Below, in pieces: positions 17,906 through 25,927 of a stretch of DNA of 45,467 nt. The stretch comes from a virus (lineage: Duplodnaviria; Caudoviricetes). Every line of letters starts with the position of its first letter. The stretch's first letter is position 1. The stretch spans positions 1 through 45,467 of IMG/VR virus record IMGVR_UViG_3300048606_000041. One strand, written 5' to 3'. Both the position numbers and the translations under genes were made by a program. Below the pieces are notes generated by a model. The model did not search any database. It saw nothing but the letters and a program-made list of their open reading frames with translations, and was not told the DNA's origin.

Positions 17906-18633
17906 CGCCCGTTGCTCCACTGGGACTGATAGCTCAGCACGGCCTGAGTGGACGTGTGCTCGAACGAGTAGTTGATGCACTCGTTCTTCTTGGCGAGCGC
18001 GATGGGCAGCAGGTACGCCGCTTTCTCGGTCAGCGACGAGTCCACGGCCAGGTCATGCGCGAGCAGCCACACCAGCGCCTCGAACCAGTACCGGTGCAGG
18101 TCCGGCGTCTTGGTACCGTCGGCGCTCGACCCGAGCAGACGGACCGTCTTGACGCGCATCACGCCGTGCTCAGACGGGACAGGCCAGAAGCGCAACTCCA
18201 CCGTGGCACCCGACCGGAACGCCGCGTACAGCTGTGGACGCGACGAGATGCTCCCCTTGGTGGTCAGCGCCTGCCAGGACGACAGGCCAATCTGGGTGCA
18301 CACCATCTCACCGTTAGTGTGCTTCGTGTCCGGGTTCTCCGAAGGAATGAACATCGCGTCCTCGTAGACGTCGAGGATGCTGTCAGGCAGCGTGTACTGG
18401 CTTTCGCCAGCCACGATGGGTAGCTCGTAGAAACCCATGGTCCGCGCCATAAAGCCACGTGTCGCCAGTCCATCCAGTATCAAATCCAATAGTTGCCGAC
18501 CGTGCTCCAGCCGAGGAGTCATGTTCGCGCCCGAGAGCCTGGCCTCCACCGGGAGCAGCCCCGCGCGCTTGTAGCTCAACAATATTAGAGTGTTGATGCT
18601 GAGCGGTACCGACGGCAATGAGTTGGCGACCAT
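17902..18633 (-). CDS. Head-tail adaptor / head completion protein
   Basis: LILLSYKRAG, GESQYTLP, SRPQLY, RFWPVPS, EALVWLLA pattern typical of podovirus adaptors. Confidence 0.7.
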   Translation of the reverse strand: MVANSLPSVPLSINTLILLSYKRAGLLPVEARLSGANMTPRLEHGRQLLDLILDGLATRGFMARTMGFYELPIVAGESQYTLPDSILDVYEDAMFIPSENPDTKHTNGEMVCTQIGLSSWQALTTKGSISSRPQLYAAFRSGATVELRFWPVPSEHGVMRVKTVRLLGSSADGTKTPDLHRYWFEALVWLLAHDLAVDSSLTEKAAYLLPIALAKKNECINYSFEHTSTQAVLSYQSQWSNGR

Positions 18634-19131
18634 TTAAGAACCAGGTGCCAGCCAACTAGCGCTGAAGTTGGGGGTAAAAAACTCAGGGTCCCGGGCGATG
18701 CCCGCTACGTCGTAAGCTCCCGCTGCCGAGTACTCAGATTCGAACCTACCCAAGTACATCGACCTCCCCTTGCAGGCGATCGTCGCTTGCCATTTCCCGC
18801 CGCTCCAATGCACGCCTCGGAATCTGGATGAGCGACCCTCCTGTTTCCTGATCTGATTATGCTGGTTCTGACCGGTAGTGCATACGCGTAGGTTAGAGCG
18901 GCCGTTGTTGAGCCCGTTGCCGTCCACATGGTCAGTCTTGGAACCCTTTGGGGTTCCAGCTATCACGGCGTGCATAAGCACTAGCCGCTGCCCGCCTCTC
19001 GGCCCTACTGTTCTCTGGGCGTACCAGGTATAGCGCGTCTTGGCAGCGGTCCACTTGTGAGCATTCAAGGACTCGAAGTCCTCGTCATCGACCAGCGCCG
19101 CTTGCCCCCGAGTTAGCTTAATCTCCCTCAT
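18634..19131 (-). CDS. HNH-AP2 homing endonuclease
   Basis: LTRGQAALVDDED, MH...DHVDGNGLNNGRSNLR (HNH), SRFRGV...YLGRFESEYSAAGAYD (AP2). Confidence 0.92.
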   Translation of the reverse strand: MREIKLTRGQAALVDDEDFESLNAHKWTAAKTRYTWYAQRTVGPRGGQRLVLMHAVIAGTPKGSKTDHVDGNGLNNGRSNLRVCTTGQNQHNQIRKQEGRSSRFRGVHWSGGKWQATIACKGRSMYLGRFESEYSAAGAYDVAGIARDPEFFTPNFSASWLAPGS

Positions 19132-19163
19132 AGAGAACCCAGGGTAGGCGATGCAGACAGCAC

Positions 19164-19382
19164 TTACAACCCCGTGCCGGCGTCCCGGTTGATGAGGTCA
19201 CAGCCCTGCACGGCACGAACCACGTTGGCCACGTTCTGAGCCGTAATGGCCATCGGGTCCGCCGGCAAAGCCTGCAGAGCGTTCAGTTTGCATACCACAT
19301 CAGCAGGCACGCGTAACGGTTGAGACCTAGCGCCAGAGCATGCGGCCACGCCAGAGCAGGCAACTAACACAAACCACTTCAT
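19164..19382 (-). CDS. Small lipoprotein (possible spanin component)
   Basis: MKWFVLVACSGVAAC signal/lipobox; GGAGGAG RBS. Confidence 0.6.
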   Translation of the reverse strand: MKWFVLVACSGVAACSGARSQPLRVPADVVCKLNALQALPADPMAITAQNVANVVRAVQGCDLINRDAGTGL

Positions 19383-19395
19383 GTTTACTCTCCTC

Positions 19396-19698
19396 CTAGG
19401 GCTGTGTTGGTTCGTCCTCGTCGTCCACTGACGACGTCCGAGACGATGTCACTCTGAAGTCGGAGTTTCGCTTGCTGAGCAAGTCGGCGAGCGTGGTGGG
19501 CTCCCCGCGCGAGTAGGCCGCTATGGCTGTCTTCCAGGTCTCGTTTACCAGCTCGAAACTCCGCTCTCTCTCGCGCCGTAAAAGCAACTTCAAGGACTTC
19601 TTCTTGCGAGAGTCCTTCCAGATACGAATCAGTGAAGAAAAGAGCCCCAAGAGCGCGAGCAATACGGGCTCTGAGAGTAGTTCCTTCATGCGTTGCAT
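19396..19698 (-). CDS. Single-TM membrane protein (holin-like candidate)
   Basis: PVLLALLGLFSSLIRIW followed by a basic patch; near lysis genes. Confidence 0.5.
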   Translation of the reverse strand: MQRMKELLSEPVLLALLGLFSSLIRIWKDSRKKKSLKLLLRRERERSFELVNETWKTAIAAYSRGEPTTLADLLSKRNSDFRVTSSRTSSVDDEDEPTQP

Positions 19699-19742
19699 CT
19701 TTACCCATCATAGTAACTCTTTCGCTCCCTATAAACCAGGAG

Positions 19743-20117
19743 TCAGAATCCCGGGTAGTTGTTCTTGGTGCCTGGGTTGGCGTACGTGGGGACCGCTCCG
19801 TCGTACACCTCGCTGACCGTGTAACGCCGTGTCACACCAGTGTAGCCCGAACTTGAACTGGGTTGTCCTGTCGAATCGACGTCAGGCCGCGCGCCGTCCG
19901 CAATAGACTGCAGCCCGAGCCTCTGGGAGAGAACAGAAGCCCGGGCCGCGGTGAGTTCGGAGAGCGTGCGCTCGTCACGCCCGGGCTGGTCATGCACACA
20001 GCGCAGCAGGTTGTCCTTGCCGCGCTTGAGCGCACTGCGCAGCCACATCGACCCGCAAATGTCGCATTGGGAGAGAACCTCTCCCTTGCGGTCGATGTTG
20101 CGGGGGACACTGCGCAT
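19743..20117 (-). CDS. Phage protein with CxxC motif
   Basis: CDICG...LLRC; coupled in the late operon. Confidence 0.65.
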   Translation of the reverse strand: MRSVPRNIDRKGEVLSQCDICGSMWLRSALKRGKDNLLRCVHDQPGRDERTLSELTAARASVLSQRLGLQSIADGARPDVDSTGQPSSSSGYTGVTRRYTVSEVYDGAVPTYANPGTKNNYPGF

Positions 20118-20120
20118 GGC

Positions 20121-20426
20121 TTACCGATTGTGCAGGATGTTGGCCACGTCGGATAGCGGGGTCCCGCTAAAGTAATTGCCTATTACCGCGTATATCTCAT
20201 CCGGAGAGGTAACGTACAGTCGCACTGCTGAGTACGAGTCCGTACTGGCTGGATACCCGTTCACAACTGTCGTCACTCCGCCTGGGTATGAGACAGACAT
20301 GTCGGACCCACCTAACCACAGCGAGCCGTAGTTGTTGCCGACCTTCAGATTCAGGTTTCCGACGCGCCCTCCGGTGACTTCCACCGGAGTCTGATTGTCC
20401 AGGGCCACAGTGTAAGCTTCAGCCAT
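20121..20426 (-). CDS. Putative virion protein
   Basis: TAATG coupling with the upstream gene. Confidence 0.6.
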   Translation of the reverse strand: MAEAYTVALDNQTPVEVTGGRVGNLNLKVGNNYGSLWLGGSDMSVSYPGGVTTVVNGYPASTDSYSAVRLYVTSPDEIYAVIGNYFSGTPLSDVANILHNR

Positions 20427-21268
20427 TAGGTGCCCAGCGCGATCGTGCTAGCTCCAGACACAGTCGTGTTGCCAGCTGCATAGTTCTCAATCTGAGCAAC
20501 GGTGGCAATGGAGTTGGCGCCGATGGTGAAGCCTACTCCGATAAGCGGGGCCGCCCCCGTAGCCTTGCCGGTGTTATAGGCCAATAGCCCACCCGTGCCT
20601 GTTTGGCTGGCCACGTTCACGTAACTACCGCTTGCCGCCAGTTGGCGGAAGTGATTTCCAGTAACCCTGAAGTTGGCGATGGCTGTGCCAGCAGTAAAGT
20701 TCAGAATGTTTCCCGTGCTACTGACCGAGACGTAGTTGTCGCAGAAGGAGAAGGTGTCCCCTCCGGCTACCACTTCGATACCCGGGTTCGCCGCGAGAGC
20801 ACCCGTGAAACTGATGAAGCAGTTTGCGATGGTGCAGCCAGCAGCGGACACCACGATGGCGTCCACCACAGCCGCCGTGGCGCTGTTGATGTTGAGTCCA
20901 ATGAGGCTCATGTTGGCAGCGCTCAGGGCAATCGTCGCGGCCGTCGCCGACAGCGTGATGTTTGGAGCGTTCGTCGAGCCGGGACGTCCGGCGCCGACGA
21001 TTTGAGCCCCCGCCACCGGGGTGAACAGAGTCGTGGTGACCGTCTCGGTGTGACCCGGGAGGACAACCACCACATCGTTCTGACCCGGACGGCACCGGTT
21101 GACGCCCGCCGCGATGGTGGCGACGAGAGCCCCGGACGCCGCGAAGGGGTCATCCCCAGACTGAGCGCCCGTGCTTCGGACGTAGGCCACGACGTTGCCG
21201 CCGGGCCTGACCCACGTCCCGTTGGGCGTGCTGATTGCGTCGTACGATGAGAAGAACGGAGCGGCCAT
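20426..21268 (-). CDS. Virion protein with probable beta-helix (pectin-lyase-like) fold
   Basis: DVVVVLPGHTET, IVGAG, then repeated Asn/Cys-containing strands (TIANCF, FCDNY, VTGNHF, LAYNT). Confidence 0.6.
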   Translation of the reverse strand: MAAPFFSSYDAISTPNGTWVRPGGNVVAYVRSTGAQSGDDPFAASGALVATIAAGVNRCRPGQNDVVVVLPGHTETVTTTLFTPVAGAQIVGAGRPGSTNAPNITLSATAATIALSAANMSLIGLNINSATAAVVDAIVVSAAGCTIANCFISFTGALAANPGIEVVAGGDTFSFCDNYVSVSSTGNILNFTAGTAIANFRVTGNHFRQLAASGSYVNVASQTGTGGLLAYNTGKATGAAPLIGVGFTIGANSIATVAQIENYAAGNTTVSGASTIALGT

Positions 21269-21333
21269 TAGCAGCCCTTACCCTTCTTGCCCTTGGGCAT
21301 CGGCGGAGGCTTCGGCTTGGTCTTTTTGGTCAT
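21268..21333 (-). CDS. Tiny basic peptide MTKKTKPKPPPMPKGKKGKGC
   Basis: TAATG overlap with the next gene; fills the intergenic gap. Confidence 0.4.
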   Translation of the reverse strand: MTKKTKPKPPPMPKGKKGKGC

Positions 21334-21359
21334 GGTCAATCCACACGCTTTCGGCTTCT

Positions 21360-21842
21360 TCAATTCGTTCCCTGGCCGTAGCGGCCCTGCCCAATCAGTA
21401 CCTTACGTACAGAGGAGTGACCGCAACCGAGCAGCCTCCCGATCGAGCGCATAGTGTTCCCTGCCTTGTGCAGGGCGTGTATTTCGGCGACCTGCTCAGC
21501 TGAGAACTTAAGCATAGCCAATGGCGGCTTGGACCCGCGCCCCTTAGCCAGCATGTCTGCCGTGTTTTCTTTCGCTGTGCCAAGGAATAAGTGAGAGACG
21601 TTGCAGCAGGCCCTGTTGTCGCAAGAGTGACAAACCAGCAACCCGTCAGAGACGGGTCCATTGGCGATTATCCACGCCATGCGGTGCGCGTTGATCATCG
21701 TCTTTTCCTCGGGGCCTGTCCTGTTCAGCTTCACTCCGTATCCTCGGTGACTCTTGGCTCCTGTCCACGCCCAGCACTCGTCTGGGCCACGACGGGCTAC
21801 CTTTTTCCAGAAATCTTCAACTTGCCTAGGGGTAAATGCCAT
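21360..21842 (-). CDS. HNH homing endonuclease with C-terminal HTH
   Basis: FWKKV...CWAWTG...GYG, AHRMAW, VCHSCDNRACCNVSHLFLGT, MRSIGRLLGCGHSSV. Confidence 0.93.
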   Translation of the reverse strand: MAFTPRQVEDFWKKVARRGPDECWAWTGAKSHRGYGVKLNRTGPEEKTMINAHRMAWIIANGPVSDGLLVCHSCDNRACCNVSHLFLGTAKENTADMLAKGRGSKPPLAMLKFSAEQVAEIHALHKAGNTMRSIGRLLGCGHSSVRKVLIGQGRYGQGTN

Positions 21843-21888
21843 CCCTCACAGCTACTGTGTGGGCGCACCGTGTGTCAAGCTTTTGGGC

Positions 21889-22800
21889 TCAGGCGTTACT
21901 GAAAAGGATTGCTCTGGGGTTAGTCCAACCCCGAGCCCAACGGGCCGTGATGCCGTAATTCATCATGGTCTTGTCCTCGGTGACCCACGTGTTGCTCTTG
22001 GGCTTGCGGCGCCAGAGCCACTGCAGACCGTTCTCCGCGTCGGTCTTGAGCAGCCAGTTCGTGGTCGTGTTGTTCCAGTACTTGACCGGAACCTTCTCGA
22101 TCTTCTCTTTGTAGATCGAGTTGACCGCGTTGAAGGCGCCCGGGGTCGGGTCCTTCGCGCTGTCCAGGACCTCGTCCCACACGCCTTCCTGCTGGACGGG
22201 GAACACCACGCTCTTGATGTCGTAGCCGTCGATCAGGCCATCATGGCCAACCTGCTGCCGGAGTTGGGCGCGGGCGATGTACATGGCAGCCTTCGAGGGG
22301 CTCATGGCCACGGCCATCATGTTGGAGTACGTGCCGCCACCGGGGAGCGCGTGGGTCGTGCTCGCCAGTGGCTGACCGTCGCCACCCACGAAGGCCGCGT
22401 TGGTGGCGCGGACCAGGATGAGGACCGCGTCAAAGTCGGCCAGCTTCCAGAGCGAGCGGTTGTTGCGCTTCGCGGCCTGGATGACCTTGTCGTACTTCAT
22501 GTCCTCCATCGCCTCTTCCGAGACGATGATGCGCTGGCCGTACGTGCGCGCGTTGTAGCGCGTCAGCGGGCCTTCGACGATGCCGCCAACCGGCATAGAC
22601 TCACCTTCGGGCTTCTCGCCCGCGAGACCCGTGCCGGCGATCTCGTAGTCCTCCACATAGTTGTCGGCCATCGACTTGACGTCGAGGTAGTGCGGGAAAA
22701 CTGCCTTGGAACCCTCCGAGCCGTGCTCGTCGGTGTCGATTGCGCGGATGGTCTCTTTGAGTGCGAGCGCCGCGGTGCTGGTAAATACTTCTGTGCTCAT
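21889..22800 (-). CDS. Major capsid protein (Mu gpT-like, HK97 fold)
   Basis: EKPEGE, TYGQRIIVSEEAMED, GGDGQPLASTTH, ARWARGWTNPR motifs; 303 aa; strongly biased codon usage. Confidence 0.85.
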   Translation of the reverse strand: MSTEVFTSTAALALKETIRAIDTDEHGSEGSKAVFPHYLDVKSMADNYVEDYEIAGTGLAGEKPEGESMPVGGIVEGPLTRYNARTYGQRIIVSEEAMEDMKYDKVIQAAKRNNRSLWKLADFDAVLILVRATNAAFVGGDGQPLASTTHALPGGGTYSNMMAVAMSPSKAAMYIARAQLRQQVGHDGLIDGYDIKSVVFPVQQEGVWDEVLDSAKDPTPGAFNAVNSIYKEKIEKVPVKYWNNTTTNWLLKTDAENGLQWLWRRKPKSNTWVTEDKTMMNYGITARWARGWTNPRAILFSNA

Positions 22801-22811
22801 GGTTCCTCAGT

Positions 22812-23528
22812 TCACGCCAGCGGCGAAGGCAGTCCAGCCTGCAACTGTTCGGTGTTGAATCTGACTTGCAAGCGGACGAAAGCGGAGGCGAAGTCCTGAG
22901 CCTCGTCGACACGGCCGATTCCGACGATGGTCAGCTGCAGCAAGTTAGCGAGGCTGAGAGTGGCGAAATTGATCATCGGGTTCGCCTTGGGCTGGCCGAT
23001 GCCGCTCGTCAGGACTGACGGGTAGTGGAAGTTCACCTGCTGGCCCACTGCCGCCATAAACTCACCGCGTTCGTCGAAGCCCGCACCGGTGGTGGACACG
23101 TCCACCTCGAAGATGCAGTTTGCTACCGGCAGCACCTTGCACAGCGTGGCTTCCTGACCGCCGATGCCGCCCGTGTATGTCGTGCCGCTCGTGTAGAAGC
23201 CATTGGGGCGCTGCGCGCCAGCGATGCGCACGCGGGGGAATCCCATAACGATGCCGAACACGCGGTCGATTGCCTCGGCTGGGAATGTCGCGTCAGCGTT
23301 CACGCCTGCCGGGGCCAGGCGCACAGTGCCAGCCGTAGCCGTGTTGACGGTGCTGCTGAGCAACTGAACCGGGTCCCCTATGTTGAGGTTGACAGCAGTG
23401 CTGCCCGTGCCGTTAGCGCCGATGTTCGGCGTGTACCCGCTAGCGATCGGGAACGTCATGCATTCCGGGACTCCATCGCCACTGATAGTGCGTAGGAAGT
23501 CGAAGCCGTACCTTCGTGCGTTTGCCAT
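22812..23528 (-). CDS. Head decoration / minor capsid protein
   Basis: MAN..YGF N-terminus and IGDPV motif; immediately upstream of the capsid gene. Confidence 0.6.
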   Translation of the reverse strand: MANARRYGFDFLRTISGDGVPECMTFPIASGYTPNIGANGTGSTAVNLNIGDPVQLLSSTVNTATAGTVRLAPAGVNADATFPAEAIDRVFGIVMGFPRVRIAGAQRPNGFYTSGTTYTGGIGGQEATLCKVLPVANCIFEVDVSTTGAGFDERGEFMAAVGQQVNFHYPSVLTSGIGQPKANPMINFATLSLANLLQLTIVGIGRVDEAQDFASAFVRLQVRFNTEQLQAGLPSPLA

Positions 23529-23537
23529 GGTTTTCCT

Positions 23538-24017
23538 TTAAAAGCCCCAGTTTTCCCGGTCATCCCCGCCGTATCGTCGGGTCACGATGCCTCGCATCTT
23601 GGCCTTGTCCGCGGCGGTCAAAGGCTCCGTGTCGTCGATGATGTCGCGACGCTTGATGGCGTTGCAGACATTGTCGGCCCACTTCTGCCCGTTGGTCTCG
23701 ATCTGCCGCTTGTGCTCCTTCGAGCACTCCATCAGCACCATGCCGAAGGCTTCCATGCGGTCGCCTGGCTTGAGGTTCTCCTGATAGCCGAGCGCCGGCT
23801 GTGCACCGTCAGGGTCGTACTCGGTGAACTTGTACCCCATGGACCGGTAAGAGCCGGGGTTCATGGTCGGGTCGTTCACGGTGGAAACCCACACGTAATG
23901 CTTGTCCGGGTCCTGCCCGGCGACTGCAACCCGATTGAGCGTACCTTCTACGGGACGCGGGTCAGGGTCGTTTCTCTTGATGGACTGACGGGGGCCTTTT
24001 GCGTTCTCTTCCGACAC
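23538..24017 (-). CDS. Head-module hypothetical protein
   Basis: HYVWVS...GY...LMEC pattern typical of genes between scaffold and capsid. Confidence 0.65.
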   Translation of the reverse strand: MSEENAKGPRQSIKRNDPDPRPVEGTLNRVAVAGQDPDKHYVWVSTVNDPTMNPGSYRSMGYKFTEYDPDGAQPALGYQENLKPGDRMEAFGMVLMECSKEHKRQIETNGQKWADNVCNAIKRRDIIDDTEPLTAADKAKMRGIVTRRYGGDDRENWGF

Positions 24018-24088
24018 AATGCTCCGCTTGAACCCTTCAGTTCAGGCGCGCGAGTCGAGGGAACGACCAAGCCACCGTAGTGCCACAC

Positions 24089-24128
24089 ATGAAAGCACAA
24101 GCCTATCAGCCTGTCAAGACTGATAGGC
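24089..24128 (-). promoter_or_regulatory. Sigma70-like promoter TTGACA-17-TTTCAT with a 9-bp inverted repeat flanking the -35
   Basis: -35 at 24112-24117, -10 at 24089-24094 preceded by TG; GCCTATCAG (24101-24109) / CTGATAGGC (24120-24128). Confidence 0.55.
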
Positions 24129-24136
24129 CAGGGCTA

Positions 24137-25024
24137 TCACAGGACCTTCTGCCCGCGGAGGGCCTTTCCGGGTCCGTTGATCCACTTCTTCACGGCCTCC
24201 TCCTCCGAGACGTCGCTGAAAAGGGCCGTGGCCATCTTCCGGATCATGGGGGTAGGGACGATGCCGCCCGTCGGGGGGCCACCGCCGGAGTTGCCCGATG
24301 ACGCGATGCCGCTCATCCGCTGGCGTTCCGTGGCTCCAGGGGCGCGCTTGGGGCCGACCTTGAAGGTGGCCATGGTCTCTTGCATGATGTCGTCCACAAC
24401 CTCCTTGGTGACCTTCTCGCCCAGGGCCGCGCGTCGCTTGAAGGTGGCCTCCGCGTACTGATAGATCTCGGGTCGGCTGTTGTCGTACACTTCCGGATAC
24501 TTCTGAGCCCACACCTGCTGGGCCTGGCGAGCCTCGTTGCCGGCGCGGTCTCGATCCATCTCCTGCCGGGTCAGGATGCGGGCCTTCTCGGTCTCGACCT
24601 CGCGAGCGATGCGCTCGTAGTACTTGCCGCGCTCCTCCGTGAAGGTCTTAGCCGCAATCTCGGCCTGGGCCATGCTGTAGGCCTCGGCCTGCTTGCGATA
24701 GACCGCGTCGAGCGCCGACTGGTAGGCGTCTGGCCCGGCGGGCTGTTTGGGTACGGCCGCCGTGACGTAGCCTTCGAGGCGAGCGAGACGAGCCGCGGTC
24801 TCCTTCGATTCGGAGCGTAGCTTCTCGACTTCGGCCTTGGCCTCCTTGCCCTCGCGCAGCAAGCGCGCCGTGCGCTCTGACTTCTTCTTCTCCCGTGTCA
24901 GGCGCTCCTCTGGGCTGATGGCCTTGGACTCGTCGAACATCAACTCGTCGTCGCGTACCTCCTCCGTGTCATCGGAGAACGGAACGACGGGGGTATCATT
25001 GGTGCTTACGTAGTCGCCTGACAT
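24137..25024 (-). CDS. Capsid scaffolding protein
   Basis: Acidic N-terminus, charged coiled coil, short helical C-terminal tail; between portal and capsid. Confidence 0.65.
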   Translation of the reverse strand: MSGDYVSTNDTPVVPFSDDTEEVRDDELMFDESKAISPEERLTREKKKSERTARLLREGKEAKAEVEKLRSESKETAARLARLEGYVTAAVPKQPAGPDAYQSALDAVYRKQAEAYSMAQAEIAAKTFTEERGKYYERIAREVETEKARILTRQEMDRDRAGNEARQAQQVWAQKYPEVYDNSRPEIYQYAEATFKRRAALGEKVTKEVVDDIMQETMATFKVGPKRAPGATERQRMSGIASSGNSGGGPPTGGIVPTPMIRKMATALFSDVSEEEAVKKWINGPGKALRGQKVL

Positions 25025-25035
25025 GTGTTTCTCTC

Positions 25036-25695
25036 CTACCAGCTATCGTTAATGAAGACGCCGCGCTTCTTGCGGCCGTCGATTTGGTAACAGTACGAGT
25101 GTTCCCCACCTTCGTCCGTTATGGACGTCTTCCCCGAGCGCAAGTCTTCCTCCTGCGTCTCCGAGCCCGTCAGATCTCCCGCGCGCATGACGAGGTAGTA
25201 CATCGGCGTCCCGATCTTCAGACGCATGCACTCCTGAGCGTGCGGCGCGTTGCGGATGGTGCGGACGATGTGCCCCAGCTCGATACCGTGGCTGACGCAC
25301 TTGTCGGCTGCTTCCAAGCCCATGCTGATGAGGATGCCGCGGTGAGCGCCCTGGGTGCTGCGCTGCTTGACGGCATCCGGCACGTACAGGCCCCCCGAGG
25401 TCTTCTCGTTGTCGTCTTCGAAGTCGATGGGGAAGATGTGGATGCGATCGAACACCGCTCGGCACTTGAACGCACCATCGGGGATGCCCCACTTCAAGCG
25501 CTGAGCCTCCAACAACTCGGGAAGCTTGAGCGCTCCCGGCGGCGACATGTGCGCCTTGATTTCGGCCGTGCGCTGGATGGCCTTCTCCAGTTCCACGTCA
25601 CGGAACTCGATAGGCGCCTCTTTGGGCTCATCCTTCCATGCGGACTTCTTCTCGGGCTCCACGGTGGGGAGCGACCAAACTCGTTCGTTTCTCAT
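25036..25695 (-). CDS. GroES/Cpn10-like co-chaperonin with N-terminal extension
   Basis: AVFDRIHI...EKTSGGLYVPD...RGILISMG matches the Cpn10 mobile-loop motif. Confidence 0.75.
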   Translation of the reverse strand: MRNERVWSLPTVEPEKKSAWKDEPKEAPIEFRDVELEKAIQRTAEIKAHMSPPGALKLPELLEAQRLKWGIPDGAFKCRAVFDRIHIFPIDFEDDNEKTSGGLYVPDAVKQRSTQGAHRGILISMGLEAADKCVSHGIELGHIVRTIRNAPHAQECMRLKIGTPMYYLVMRAGDLTGSETQEEDLRSGKTSITDEGGEHSYCYQIDGRKKRGVFINDSW

Positions 25696-25708
25696 CGTTC
25701 TCTCTCCT

Positions 25709-25927
25709 TCACGTCAAATATCTCTTGATGAACTCGCCCGCGTCGCTGTCCAACAGCTTCACGTCCGAGATGACTTTCTCTAGTACCGCCGCCGCCTTAG
25801 CCTCGCCAACAATCGCGCTATACTCAGAAGGGTCCTTAGAGCCGACCGCCATCCTGTGCGCCTGGACGAGATGCTTTTCACGCTCGCGTCTCAGGTACTG
25901 CAGGATCAGATCGATCTCCCTGTGCAT
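25709..25927 (-). CDS. Small helical protein after portal
   Basis: TGATG coupling with portal stop. Confidence 0.65.
   Translation of the reverse strand: MHREIDLILQYLRREREKHLVQAHRMAVGSKDPSEYSAIVGEAKAAAVLEKVISDVKLLDSDAGEFIKRYLT

Noticed and set aside
21754-22899. 381-aa ORF antisense to the major capsid gene
   Set aside because: In-register shadow frame without motifs, unlike the out-of-register, motif-bearing HNH inside the intein.
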